Assembly (NCBI GenBank): GCA_963799485.1
Contig: CAWCXJ010000009.1
Coordinates: 96,001-160,000 of the forward strand
DNA from: an uncultured Trueperaceae bacterium
GTDB lineage: Bacteria > Deinococcota > Deinococci > Deinococcales > Trueperaceae
Direction of reading: 5' to 3'
Length of the DNA: 64,000 nucleotides
In this document: positions 52,982-61,851 of the stretch, one piece after another
Layout of the letters: each line of letters opens with the position of its first letter
Numbering within the stretch: position 1 is the stretch's first letter
Notes under the pieces: model-generated
Databases searched by the model: none
Seen by the model: only the letters and a program-made list of their open reading frames with translations
Told to the model about the DNA's origin: nothing
Program-made: the position numbers and the translations under genes

Positions 52982-54003
52982 AGCTGACAACGATTGCTTT
53001 AACGCTGCTGATTCACGGAATGCTAACCATCGGCTACGGCCTATCTCTCGACGCCGCGCTCCAAAGCGTCCAGGAGCAGCCAGCAGTCGTGACGGCAGAG
53101 GAAGCGGTGAATGCCGCGCGGAGCGACCTGACCAGAACCAGAGCCGATCCATACGCGCTAACACGCGAAGTGTTTCTGGCAGAGCAGCAGCTGGCACTGG
53201 GCCAAGCGCAAGCCCGGCAGGCTTACTACAACGCGGTAAATGATATTGGCAACGCGTACTCTGCGGTGCTGCTGGCTGAGCTTGAGGCGCAGCTTGCAGA
53301 AGCTAACGAAGAGCTTAACCGGACGTACACCGAGACGACTCGGGCGCAGGAGCTAAACGGCGAGGCGACGGCCCTCGAGGTGCGCAACCTCGAGGCAGCA
53401 CTGGGTACAGCTGTAGCGAATCGGCGGAGCGCCGCGGAAACCGTAGCGGTAAGGCGCGGCGCACTGCGTAGATTGCTCTCAGCTAAAGTGGTGGGTGAGC
53501 GCCTGGAACCTATTCCCGATACGCGCCTCAACCAACCTCCACCCCCGCCGTACGAGCTTATCGGTAAAGCCAACGCACATATCGACCTTGTCTACGCTCG
53601 TCAAGCGGTAGCGCTGGCGCAGCTTGAGGTCGACTTGCTGGACCCAAGCTACAGCACTGCGCGAAACGTAAAGGCGGCAGAAACCCAGCTGGCAGCAGCG
53701 AAAACAACGTTGGCTACGGTGACCCGCTTACGCTACGACCAGATCTACCTCCTCTACGCGCAAGTCGAAGCTGCGCAGCGCGCCTACCGTGCTCAAGAGG
53801 AGACGTCGGCAGTAGCTCAAAAACAACTTGCGTCACAGCGCAACCAGTTTCTTTACGGCGCTATCTCGGAAACCGAGCTGCAACAGGCTAGGTACGCAGC
53901 GATTGCTGCTCAGCTCGAACAGCGGCGCGCCAAGCACAATCTTCTTACCTCGCTTCTCTCTCTGCAAACTTTAGCTGCAACTGACCTGCTGGCACCCAAC
54001 TAG
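52978..54003 (+). CDS. TolC/outer-membrane efflux-like protein 2 (short)
   Basis: Signal peptide, LSLDAAL, NGEATALEV, YGAISETEL; ATGA overlap with the previous gene. Confidence 0.72.
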   Translation: MKLTTIALTLLIHGMLTIGYGLSLDAALQSVQEQPAVVTAEEAVNAARSDLTRTRADPYALTREVFLAEQQLALGQAQARQAYYNAVNDIGNAYSAVLLAELEAQLAEANEELNRTYTETTRAQELNGEATALEVRNLEAALGTAVANRRSAAETVAVRRGALRRLLSAKVVGERLEPIPDTRLNQPPPPPYELIGKANAHIDLVYARQAVALAQLEVDLLDPSYSTARNVKAAETQLAAAKTTLATVTRLRYDQIYLLYAQVEAAQRAYRAQEETSAVAQKQLASQRNQFLYGAISETELQQARYAAIAAQLEQRRAKHNLLTSLLSLQTLAATDLLAPN

Positions 54004-54232
54004 TAGGGTAACAAGGGAGGTTGACGAAGTGAGGCCGAGTGATTGACGAAAAAGTGATGCGTCGCGGCAGCCCTGACTTTAGTACGAACCGCTAAGGTCG
54101 GCCCCGCCCAGACCTAAACTCGAGCAAAAAGGGAGAGTTACGGAATCGTCTCCCTTTTCCCCAACGGTTTAGACTAAATGCCGGGCATAACACGGCTCAC
54201 AACTCTACAGCGCTGAACGCAAAATGACTTAG

Positions 54233-55831
54233 GTGTCAGGTCGCCTCCAGCCCCTTATCCGGAGTCCAGATATCTACGGCTCGCCAGCAAAGAAGGGAAA
54301 CGTCATAAAACAGATTTCAATCGTCTTCTTTCTCTTTATCTTTACGGGTTATACTCACGCCCCGATTTCAGATGATACGGATAAAGCCCTGCAAAACCAG
54401 ACCTTTTCCTCGCAATACCGGCCCAGCTACGAAAACATCGCTAACCCCGAACGCGGCTTCTATCTCCATCCAGGTGACTGCGACAAGGTTCCCTTTAAGG
54501 CAGAGAAGCTTGCAGCTGAACGCAGGGGCGAACAAAAGATCAGCTTGGTGCTATGTATCTTCTATCTCGAGGATTTTAAGGACAAGCCCATCAGCGCGGC
54601 CAAGCTGGCCTTTTTTCAGCAACAAATTGAGGCGGTGCGAGCAGCAGGACTGAAGGTGATCCTGCGGTTTGCCTATACCTACTACGACCCCCCGGGTGAT
54701 AAGCAGCTGCCCCCGGGTGACGACGCCCCACTGTTCCGGGTAAGGGAGCATTTAAGCCAGCTCGAGCCCTACCTCCGGCGAAACAGAGATGTGATCGCGC
54801 TTGTAGAATCCGGATTCGTGGGTACCTGGGGTGAGGGTTACTACAGCCAAAACTTCGGCAATGCCGGTGCCGAGGATTGGGAAAAGCGCAAAGCCGTTGT
54901 CGACGAACTTTTGCGTATTTTACCCGGGCGCATGGTGCTCGTTCGGCGACCCAAGATGAAAATGGAGATGTACTTTCCCAGCCCCGGGAAAGCGGTTCCC
55001 GTAGCTGCGGGCAGCGCCTACGGTGACGCCCCGATTGCGCGAGTCGGATACCATAACGACTGCTTCCTGGCCAGCCCGGACGACAACGGCACGTATGAGG
55101 CTATAGCTGTGGAGAAGGCGTACCTAGCCGAGGACACGAAGTACGTCCCTATGGGGGGTGAGACGTGCGTGCCGAACCCGCCGCGCTCGCTCTGTGGTGG
55201 TGGGTTGGGTGAGCCGGGGAAACCGGGAGACGCGCTTAAAGAGTTGGAAAGGTTTCACTACAGCTACCTCAATGGGCGGCGCTCGCGTGAAGTCCTTGAT
55301 AGCTGGGCTGATGGCGGCTGTATAGAAAAGGTGACCCAAAGCCTTGGCTACCGCTTTTCTCTGGTATCGTCCGTCTTTCCACCTTCCGTAAGAGCTGGCT
55401 CGAGGCTCCCGGTCAAGGTAGGCGTCCGCAACACCGGGTGGGCAGCCCCGTTTAATTCGCGTCCGGTATATCTCGTGCTGCGCCACAGCAAGACCAAAGC
55501 GCTCTACTCCTTTAAGCTTGCTGCCAACGCCAGGGGGTGGCAAGCACAAACGCGCAGTCTAATCGACGAAAAAGTGCAGATTCCACCCACGATGCCTGCC
55601 GGAACCTATCAACTGCTCTTGTGGCTCCCGGAGCCGTCGGTCGCCGCGCCAGGTCAACCCGAACCATCGTGGTCTTTACATAAAAGGCCAGAGTACGCTA
55701 TCCGGATGGCGAACCTCGGAGTTTGGGATATGCAGGCAGGAAAGGAAACAGGCTTTAACCTTTTATCGAACACCTTGTGGACGAAGGCAGCGAAAAAACT
55801 TGTGCTGAATACGATCGAGGTAACGCCGTAG
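54233..55831 (+). CDS. DUF4874/DUF4832-type putative glycoside-hydrolase-like protein
   Basis: NPERGF, GLKVILRFAY, GFVGTWGEGY, RVGYHNDCFLAS.DD.GTY, MGGETC, LGYRF, NTGWAAPFNSRP, YAIRMAN. Start uncertain. Confidence 0.8.
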   Translation: MSGRLQPLIRSPDIYGSPAKKGNVIKQISIVFFLFIFTGYTHAPISDDTDKALQNQTFSSQYRPSYENIANPERGFYLHPGDCDKVPFKAEKLAAERRGEQKISLVLCIFYLEDFKDKPISAAKLAFFQQQIEAVRAAGLKVILRFAYTYYDPPGDKQLPPGDDAPLFRVREHLSQLEPYLRRNRDVIALVESGFVGTWGEGYYSQNFGNAGAEDWEKRKAVVDELLRILPGRMVLVRRPKMKMEMYFPSPGKAVPVAAGSAYGDAPIARVGYHNDCFLASPDDNGTYEAIAVEKAYLAEDTKYVPMGGETCVPNPPRSLCGGGLGEPGKPGDALKELERFHYSYLNGRRSREVLDSWADGGCIEKVTQSLGYRFSLVSSVFPPSVRAGSRLPVKVGVRNTGWAAPFNSRPVYLVLRHSKTKALYSFKLAANARGWQAQTRSLIDEKVQIPPTMPAGTYQLLLWLPEPSVAAPGQPEPSWSLHKRPEYAIRMANLGVWDMQAGKETGFNLLSNTLWTKAAKKLVLNTIEVTP

Positions 55832-56125
55832 CCAGCGGTTTCTTAACGCTGCGACCGACCTTGCTCTTCTAGCAGCTGAGGCACTAGCAGGAGGTTCGAA
55901 GTTTATCGCGCGAAACACCTGTAGCGAGCTCGGACGCAACCTCGCGCGTGGCGACTATGTCGGTGGGAGATTTTAAGAGGTCCGTGGCAGGGGGTTGAGG
56001 CGTCGGCTTCAGGGCGTGCCCCAAGCGGACGAAGTTCGGATGTGGAGGCTTCATATTCCATTCACTCTTCTTTATTAAGGTTGGGCAGCAGTGCAGATGG
56101 ACCTCGCGGCGCTTAAAACCGGAGG

Positions 56126-56213
56126 TTCCTGTGGGAAGCGTTGAAGTCTGTTCCTTATGTGGGCGCTTGGAACAGGTGGAGCTAGTAGCGCACCCGGCCG
56201 AAGCCGAAAGGAA
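56126..56213 (+). ncRNA. c-di-GMP-II riboswitch (copy 2)
   Basis: GGAAGCGUUGAA-GUCUGUUCC-UUAUGUGG-GCGCU-U-GGAACAGGU-GGAG-CUAGU-AGCGC-ACCCGGCC; stem substitutions relative to copy 1 preserve pairing. Confidence 0.85.
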
Positions 56214-56369
56214 GTAAACGTGAAGCGTGGTAAAAGCACAGATTTGTTGATAGCGGCTACAGCGCTCGAGTCACTCACAACTAAGATAAGCTGCCGTAAC
56301 GCCCTCGCCTTCTTTTTGACGGCTCCACTGCCCGCGCTGAGCGTTGCTGGTCGTAATATCGGTTTTATA

Positions 56370-56672
56370 CCTATAAGCTCACCGTATCAGCACGTTGATA
56401 AGCTACGCGCGCCTGCTTCAAGTCACAGTCTTGCCTGCAGTTGGGTAAAACGACTGCTCTCGCACTACAGCCGCTACTACCGCAAACCGCTTAAAACTCT
56501 TTACGCCGACGTGGTAGGCGCGACCTTCTGCAACACGAACCTTGGTGTTTGGAATACTGCCAGCAGCGTGAGTTTTTTTGCTCGCAGTAACGAGAGGCGC
56601 TTCGTCACCGGCGTAGGTAGCGTTTTCTTAAAGCGGACGAGCGCTGCTGGAGAAACCAAAACATTCAGCTAG
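56370..56672 (+). pseudogene. Decayed paralog of the Agd3-like deacetylase
   Basis: SSPYQHVDKLRAPASSHSLACSWVKRLLSHYSRYYRKPLKTL aligns with GSPYQHYQHVGNLREYASGRSLAYDWVERLLSQYSRYYNKPLKTL at ~48660-48793. Confidence 0.85.
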
Positions 56673-56771
56673 GAACTTTCAAAAGGCAGAGCGCAGGATG
56701 CACTCCGCCTCTATGGTGCAGTCTTTAAGTCGTTGACGACAATCAAAGCTGCTGCGGAAGGTGTAGGATAG

Positions 56772-58232
56772 ATGCGTATTCTCTTTACAACCGAAGGAAC
56801 CTATCCCTACGTGATGGGTGGCGTCAGTACGTGGTGCAACCAGCTTGTCGGTGGGCTGATTCAGACCGAGTTCCAGCTGTTGGCTGTCACGGGGCCGCAG
56901 CAGGTCGCACTAGGCTACACGCTCCCCAGCAACGTCGTTGGGCTGAAGGCGGCGCGGCTGTGGCGGCCCCGTGACGGTGTACGGCGCGCGCCACCTGCGG
57001 TGCGGCTCAGGTTCGACCACAACTTTTCTAGATTGCTAAAGTTTGTTGACGGTGATCTCGAGGAATTTTCGGACAGTCTTTTAGCCTTGGCAGAGCTGGG
57101 AAATACCTACAACCTCTGGCCTTTGTTTCAGCAGCAAGCCGTCTGGGTCAAGCTAAACGGTGCCCTGACGGACATCCTGGGTCGTCAGCCGATCTTGGCC
57201 GAAACGACGCTGGCGCTGAATTGGCTGCGCTCGACGCTGGTGCCGCTGCTATTTATCCCTGAACGGGCGGATATTGCTCACACAGTGGCAAATGGACTCT
57301 GCGCCGTGCCCGCCTGGGTGGCGGCTCAAGTCCACAGGATTCCCCTGATCTTGACCGAGCACGGCGTCTACTTGCGCGAACGTTATCTCGGCTTTAGCAA
57401 CGAAAATGATTTGCCGGGCGTACGGCTACTGCGCGCTCGCTTCCACCGCGCGCTGGCGCAACTTGTCTACCGTGACGCCGACCGGCTGCTGTCGGTCAGC
57501 GAGTTTAACCGCTGCTGGCAGATTAAACTCGGCGGCCCGGTCGAGCGTACGCAGGTCGTTTACAACGGGGTAGACCCGGAGGCTCTGCCGCTCGCTGACG
57601 GCGCGGACCAGGAGGTTCCGACAGTCTCGTGGGTGGGGCGCGTGGATCCGCTTAAGGACTTAGAGACGCTAATCCTTTCGTTCGTGGAGGTCAAGAAGGC
57701 AGTTCCGAACGCGCTGCTCCGCCTTTTCGGGCCGGTGCCTAAGGGCAACGAAGCCTACTACGAACGGCTCAAGTCGATCATTGCCGAACACAGTCTCGGT
57801 AATAACGTCTGTTTTGAGGGTCCAATCAGCCCGGTCTACAAGGCTTACCACGCTGCTGACGTAGTGGTGCTCTCGAGCATCTCTGAAGGATTTCCCTATA
57901 CGCCAATCGAGGCCATGATGTGTAGCAAGCCGGTGGTAGCCACCCGTGTCGGCGGGGTTGCCGAGGCGATCGGAGACTTGGGTCGTTTAGTCGAACCGCG
58001 TGAGCCGCTACAGCTGGGTGCGGCTTTGACTGAGCTGCTGCTTGACGCACCGCTGCGCCGGCAGCTGGGTGCGGCGGCGCGTGAGCGGGCCCTCGAGCAC
58101 TTTACGCTTATCGATATGAACAGCGCTTACGAACGGCTCTACCATGAGGTAGTAGCCGAGAAACGTGGCGAACACCCTAGAGTTGTCGCAAACGTAGCGG
58201 CGACTACTGAAGAAATGCAGGTCGCAGTATGA
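56772..58232 (+). CDS. pelF: PelF-like GT4 glycosyltransferase (DUF3492 plus GT4 C-terminal domain)
   Basis: TEGTYPYVMGGVSTW, LTEHGVYLRER, VYNGVD, VGRVDPLKD, SSISEGFPYTPIEAM, ATRVGGV. Confidence 0.9.
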   Translation: MRILFTTEGTYPYVMGGVSTWCNQLVGGLIQTEFQLLAVTGPQQVALGYTLPSNVVGLKAARLWRPRDGVRRAPPAVRLRFDHNFSRLLKFVDGDLEEFSDSLLALAELGNTYNLWPLFQQQAVWVKLNGALTDILGRQPILAETTLALNWLRSTLVPLLFIPERADIAHTVANGLCAVPAWVAAQVHRIPLILTEHGVYLRERYLGFSNENDLPGVRLLRARFHRALAQLVYRDADRLLSVSEFNRCWQIKLGGPVERTQVVYNGVDPEALPLADGADQEVPTVSWVGRVDPLKDLETLILSFVEVKKAVPNALLRLFGPVPKGNEAYYERLKSIIAEHSLGNNVCFEGPISPVYKAYHAADVVVLSSISEGFPYTPIEAMMCSKPVVATRVGGVAEAIGDLGRLVEPREPLQLGAALTELLLDAPLRRQLGAAARERALEHFTLIDMNSAYERLYHEVVAEKRGEHPRVVANVAATTEEMQVAV

Positions 58233-59545
58233 GTGCATATGGCGGCGTCGAGCCTCCCGTCTTTCACGTTTACGACCACGAGGCCGCCCACGCCGAGCGG
58301 CGCAGCAATACTTCGATCAACCAGCTTGCGCGGGCGCATAACCAGCTCTGTCTCGAGGCGTCTGATGCCTATGAGATTGCCGCGCATCTAGAGTCCCTCG
58401 GTTACAACAAGGCGAGCGTTGCGACCGAATACGGCGTCGCTGACCACTTTGAACTGGCGTGGATGCTTTTTCATCAGACCCCCCGGCGGCTCAAATTGCG
58501 CCTGCCCTCGAAGGTGGTGCGCGCCTCCTACGCGCGGCAAGCGATCATGGTGTTGACGCTACTCGTCACTTCTGGTATTGGGCTTATGAGCGAGGTGGGT
58601 GCCTGGGGGCCGGTAATTTGGTTGCTCGTCTGGTCACAGCTGGGAGGCGCTCTCCTCAACCGCGCCAAAAGCGAGTTGGCGACCCCGGATCACGCCCGTG
58701 TACTCTCGCTGCTGCTCAAACTGGGACTGATAGGGATGGTCGGGGTTTGGATTGTCACGCCGTTCGCGCTGGCGACCTGGACAGTTAGCGTGCTCTGGTT
58801 GGGTGTTGCCGCCCTACTCTGGGATGAGCGCTTGCGCGCCGCTTACGTCTTGCCCGCCGTCGCGGGTGGTTCGCTGGCGCTTACCCTGTGGTTGAACTTA
58901 CCGGGAACGGTCATGCTGGTGGTGTGCGGACTAGCAACGCTGGTTGCGTTACGGCCGCTTTTGGTCTGGTCTTCCCCGACGACGTGGCTGTGGGCGCTGA
59001 CCCAGTGGCGGCACCTGGCACCGTTTATCCTTTATGGCCTCGGGCAGAGCGCACTGCTTCTTGCGCTACTCTTTGGCGCTGGTAATGAGGCGCTGCCGGG
59101 GGTTGCGCTTTTCGCAGTCGTGCTGCTGATTGCCGAGCCACAGCTGTTATGGTTGCGGGGGCAGCTCAACCGCTACCTCTGGAAAGGGCAGGACGCTGCC
59201 AGTTACGCCTTCTTCGCGCGTCATATCATCGTCCGCTACACCAGTGTCTACCTGCTCCCTTTTCTGCCAGCAGTGCTCGTCTTCTTCTATCCCACCCTGT
59301 TTAACCCGCAGTGGTTTTTTCACCTTGCCGGGTTTGCGCTTTTTGGCATGATCTTGGCGTTGGCGCTGGTGTCGCTGGCGTTGGGAGATAGCCTCATGCC
59401 GGCGCTGGTTTTTGCTGTCGGCGGAGCGCTGGTGGTGCTCGGCTTACCTTTTTTCTGGGTAGCTGGTACCATGGCGCTGGCAGAATTTGCGATTCTCTTC
59501 AAGCGCAGCGCGCAGCTAGGCAGCTACGGTGTCTTCCTCCTCTAG
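58229..59545 (+). CDS. Polytopic membrane protein coupled to pelF (candidate polysaccharide synthase/export partner)
   Basis: ATGA overlap with pelF, soluble N-terminus (DAYEIAAHLESLGY...YGVADHFELA) and about 12 hydrophobic segments. Confidence 0.7.
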   Translation: MSAYGGVEPPVFHVYDHEAAHAERRSNTSINQLARAHNQLCLEASDAYEIAAHLESLGYNKASVATEYGVADHFELAWMLFHQTPRRLKLRLPSKVVRASYARQAIMVLTLLVTSGIGLMSEVGAWGPVIWLLVWSQLGGALLNRAKSELATPDHARVLSLLLKLGLIGMVGVWIVTPFALATWTVSVLWLGVAALLWDERLRAAYVLPAVAGGSLALTLWLNLPGTVMLVVCGLATLVALRPLLVWSSPTTWLWALTQWRHLAPFILYGLGQSALLLALLFGAGNEALPGVALFAVVLLIAEPQLLWLRGQLNRYLWKGQDAASYAFFARHIIVRYTSVYLLPFLPAVLVFFYPTLFNPQWFFHLAGFALFGMILALALVSLALGDSLMPALVFAVGGALVVLGLPFFWVAGTMALAEFAILFKRSAQLGSYGVFLL

Positions 59546-59549
59546 CCGT

Positions 59550-60242
59550 ATGCCACTAGCGGTGTTTTACGGTCACGGCGAAGTGGCTACGTTGCAACGC
59601 TTTCAGCGAGTGGTACTTCAAGCGCCCCACTACTCGAACGAAGACGTATGCGCGCTTAAAACTGCCAAAACCTCCCCCCTTGCCTACTTGAGCCTCGGCG
59701 AAGACGTTGGAGAGGACGCTCCCTGGCACCGCTCCGAACGCAACCCGGCCTGGTACGGACACTATATTCAGGCGGCGCACCCTGGCTGGTCAGCGCAGGT
59801 CCTAAAAACGGCCCAGATGCTTTTAGCGAGGGGCTTTGAAGGGTTTTTACTCGATACGCTAGACACGGTCGATCTGTTCCCCGAAGACCGCGACGCCTAT
59901 CTGCAGTTGGTTGCAGACCTTAGGCGTTTAGCGCCTCGAGGATATCTGCTGGCGAACCGGGGATTCTCGTTGCTGCCGGAGCTAGCTGAATATCTTGATG
60001 GGGTTTTGTTTGAAGCGTTTTCAAGTACTTGGCAAACCGACGGAACGACCGGGGCGCTTCCAGAGGGTGATCTCAAGATAAATGCAGACCGGGTAAGCAA
60101 GCTCAAAACGCTTGGTTTGGACCTCTACGCGCTTGATTATGTCGACACGCCTGCACTCGAGGCGATCACTCGTGACCGCGCCCAAGCGAATGGTCTAGTG
60201 CCGCTGATAAGTAACCGTAACCTTACTAAGCTTTGTTTTTAA
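59550..60242 (+). CDS. PelA-hydrolase-like (GH114/GH166-like) protein without signal peptide
   Basis: AVFYG, LAYLSLGE, RGFEGFLLDTLD, LANRGFSLL, GVLFEAF, LYALDY. Confidence 0.82.
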   Translation: MPLAVFYGHGEVATLQRFQRVVLQAPHYSNEDVCALKTAKTSPLAYLSLGEDVGEDAPWHRSERNPAWYGHYIQAAHPGWSAQVLKTAQMLLARGFEGFLLDTLDTVDLFPEDRDAYLQLVADLRRLAPRGYLLANRGFSLLPELAEYLDGVLFEAFSSTWQTDGTTGALPEGDLKINADRVSKLKTLGLDLYALDYVDTPALEAITRDRAQANGLVPLISNRNLTKLCF

Positions 60243-60351
60243 GAGAGCTTGTTTCTTGCTCGAGCTCAGTATGTAAAGTTACGAGTCGAATAGGGTATGT
60301 GGACACCAAACGCCCAAGAACCAGTCTAAGAACTCCTTTCAGGTGCATAAG

Positions 60352-60897
60352 CTACCAGAGCAGTAACACCCGCAAGCAGATAAGAATAGCCGAGACGGTG
60401 GCGTAAGCGAGGTAGTGTGCTGCTTTTCGTTCGTAACGGACGACTAAACCACGGCAGTTATCCTGCCAAGCGTTGACCCGCTCCACTTGCCAGCGCCTTT
60501 GACTGGCCGGGTACAACTTCGGCTTCGGTCCCTTGCGGCGACGCTTGCCGCTTCTCTTTCTTTCGGGTACGGCAGCGCGGATGCCCCGAGCCCGCAACGA
60601 CCGCCGGCGGTCACGGCTGTCATAGGCTTTGTCCATAGCGACTTCTAAAAGACGGGTTTTGGGACGACCCCGCCCCGCTTTAGGAACCCGTATCTTTGCA
60701 AGCACAGCGAGAGCCAAACTCGATTCGGCGGTGCTGGCGCTTGCCAGGGACAAAGCAACCGGAATGCCGCGGGCTTCACTTGCAACCATCAACGTAGAGC
60801 CTTTTCCTTTGTACCCGTGGTCGATGTTGTCGCCCCCTTTTTGCCGACACAAAGCTCCCGTCTAATGTGCCCTCGTCGAGACTGAGTTTCCCCTTTT
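60352..60897 (-). mobile_element. IS5-family transposase 3' part, truncated at an IS1 end
   Basis: LDGSFVSAK, then AAAAAGGGGG slip site, then GYKGKGS, MDKAYDS and RWQVERVNAW...LVVRYERK. Confidence 0.85.
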
Positions 60898-61747
60898 GGT
60901 AATGACCACCCACTTACTGATAAGCTAAGAGACGATCATTGATTCAAAAACGTATAGCTGCACTGCTTGCAGCAGTGAAAACATCGTAAGAAATGGCAAG
61001 AATCGCTACGGTAAGCAGCAGTTCAAGTGCAAGGATTGCAGCAAACAAGGGGGGCTTGAGCCGAACGTCAAGGATAGCGAGGCACGAAAGCAAGAGATTC
61101 TCGCGGCTTACCGAGAGCGTCCGAGTATGCGTGGGATCAGGCGTATCTATGGCGTCAGCCAACCCACCTTGGCGAAGTGGCTCGAAAAAAGCCCGGAGTT
61201 GTAAGCTCAGCGAGACTGTGAGTGAAGCTCGACCAGATGACGTGCTCGAACTCGATGAAGTCTGGTTATTTGTCCACGACAAAAAGCAGAAATGCCGGTT
61301 ATGGACAGCCATGTGTCGCCGCACACGGCAGCTTGTTGCCTTTGTCATAGGTGATCACAGCGCCAGAACCTGTACCCGGCTATGGGCGAAACTTCCCGCC
61401 ACCTACAAACGTTGTCACAGCTTTAGTGACTTATGGGTTGCGAAGCCCTCCGATAGGAGACGTTTACACTAAAGTCTTTTCTCAAGAAACCCATTGCAGC
61501 GTTGCTAAAGGCGCAGGTGAAACCAACCATATGGAACGTTGGCGCAGCACGCTTAGGCAGTGGACAGGTCCGGAAGGCTGGAACTTCGCACCCTTGTGGT
61601 GTGCCGCTTTGTCCAAGACAACGCCTAGCCCGTTATGTTCGTAAAACCCTCTCGTTCTCCAAGTCCGACGCCATGCATCATACTGTTACCAAGTGGTTCA
61701 TCGCTGAGTACAACTTAGGCTGTATCAGCTAGCGTTTAATCATTACC
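60898..61747 (+). mobile_element. Full-length but disrupted IS1-family element
   Basis: Ends GGTAATGA...TCATTACC. InsA CTAC..NIVRNGK..QQFKCKDC, slippery GAAAAAAG, InsB LELDEVWLFV, TNHMERW, RYVRKTLSFSKS. Two small inserts; no target duplication. Confidence 0.9.
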
Positions 61748-61851
61748 TGCGTTTCTTGGGACGACTTTTCCGGCTGTCCCGCTTTGAGTTTCTCCAGCAG
61801 CGCTTTGTACTGCGCTCTGTCTGCGTATTATGTCGAATTCGAGAAGATAGT

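Noticed and set aside
56157..56672. 171-aa ORF as an intact gene
   Set aside because: Starts inside the riboswitch aptamer and only part matches the deacetylase; treated as a pseudogene remnant.
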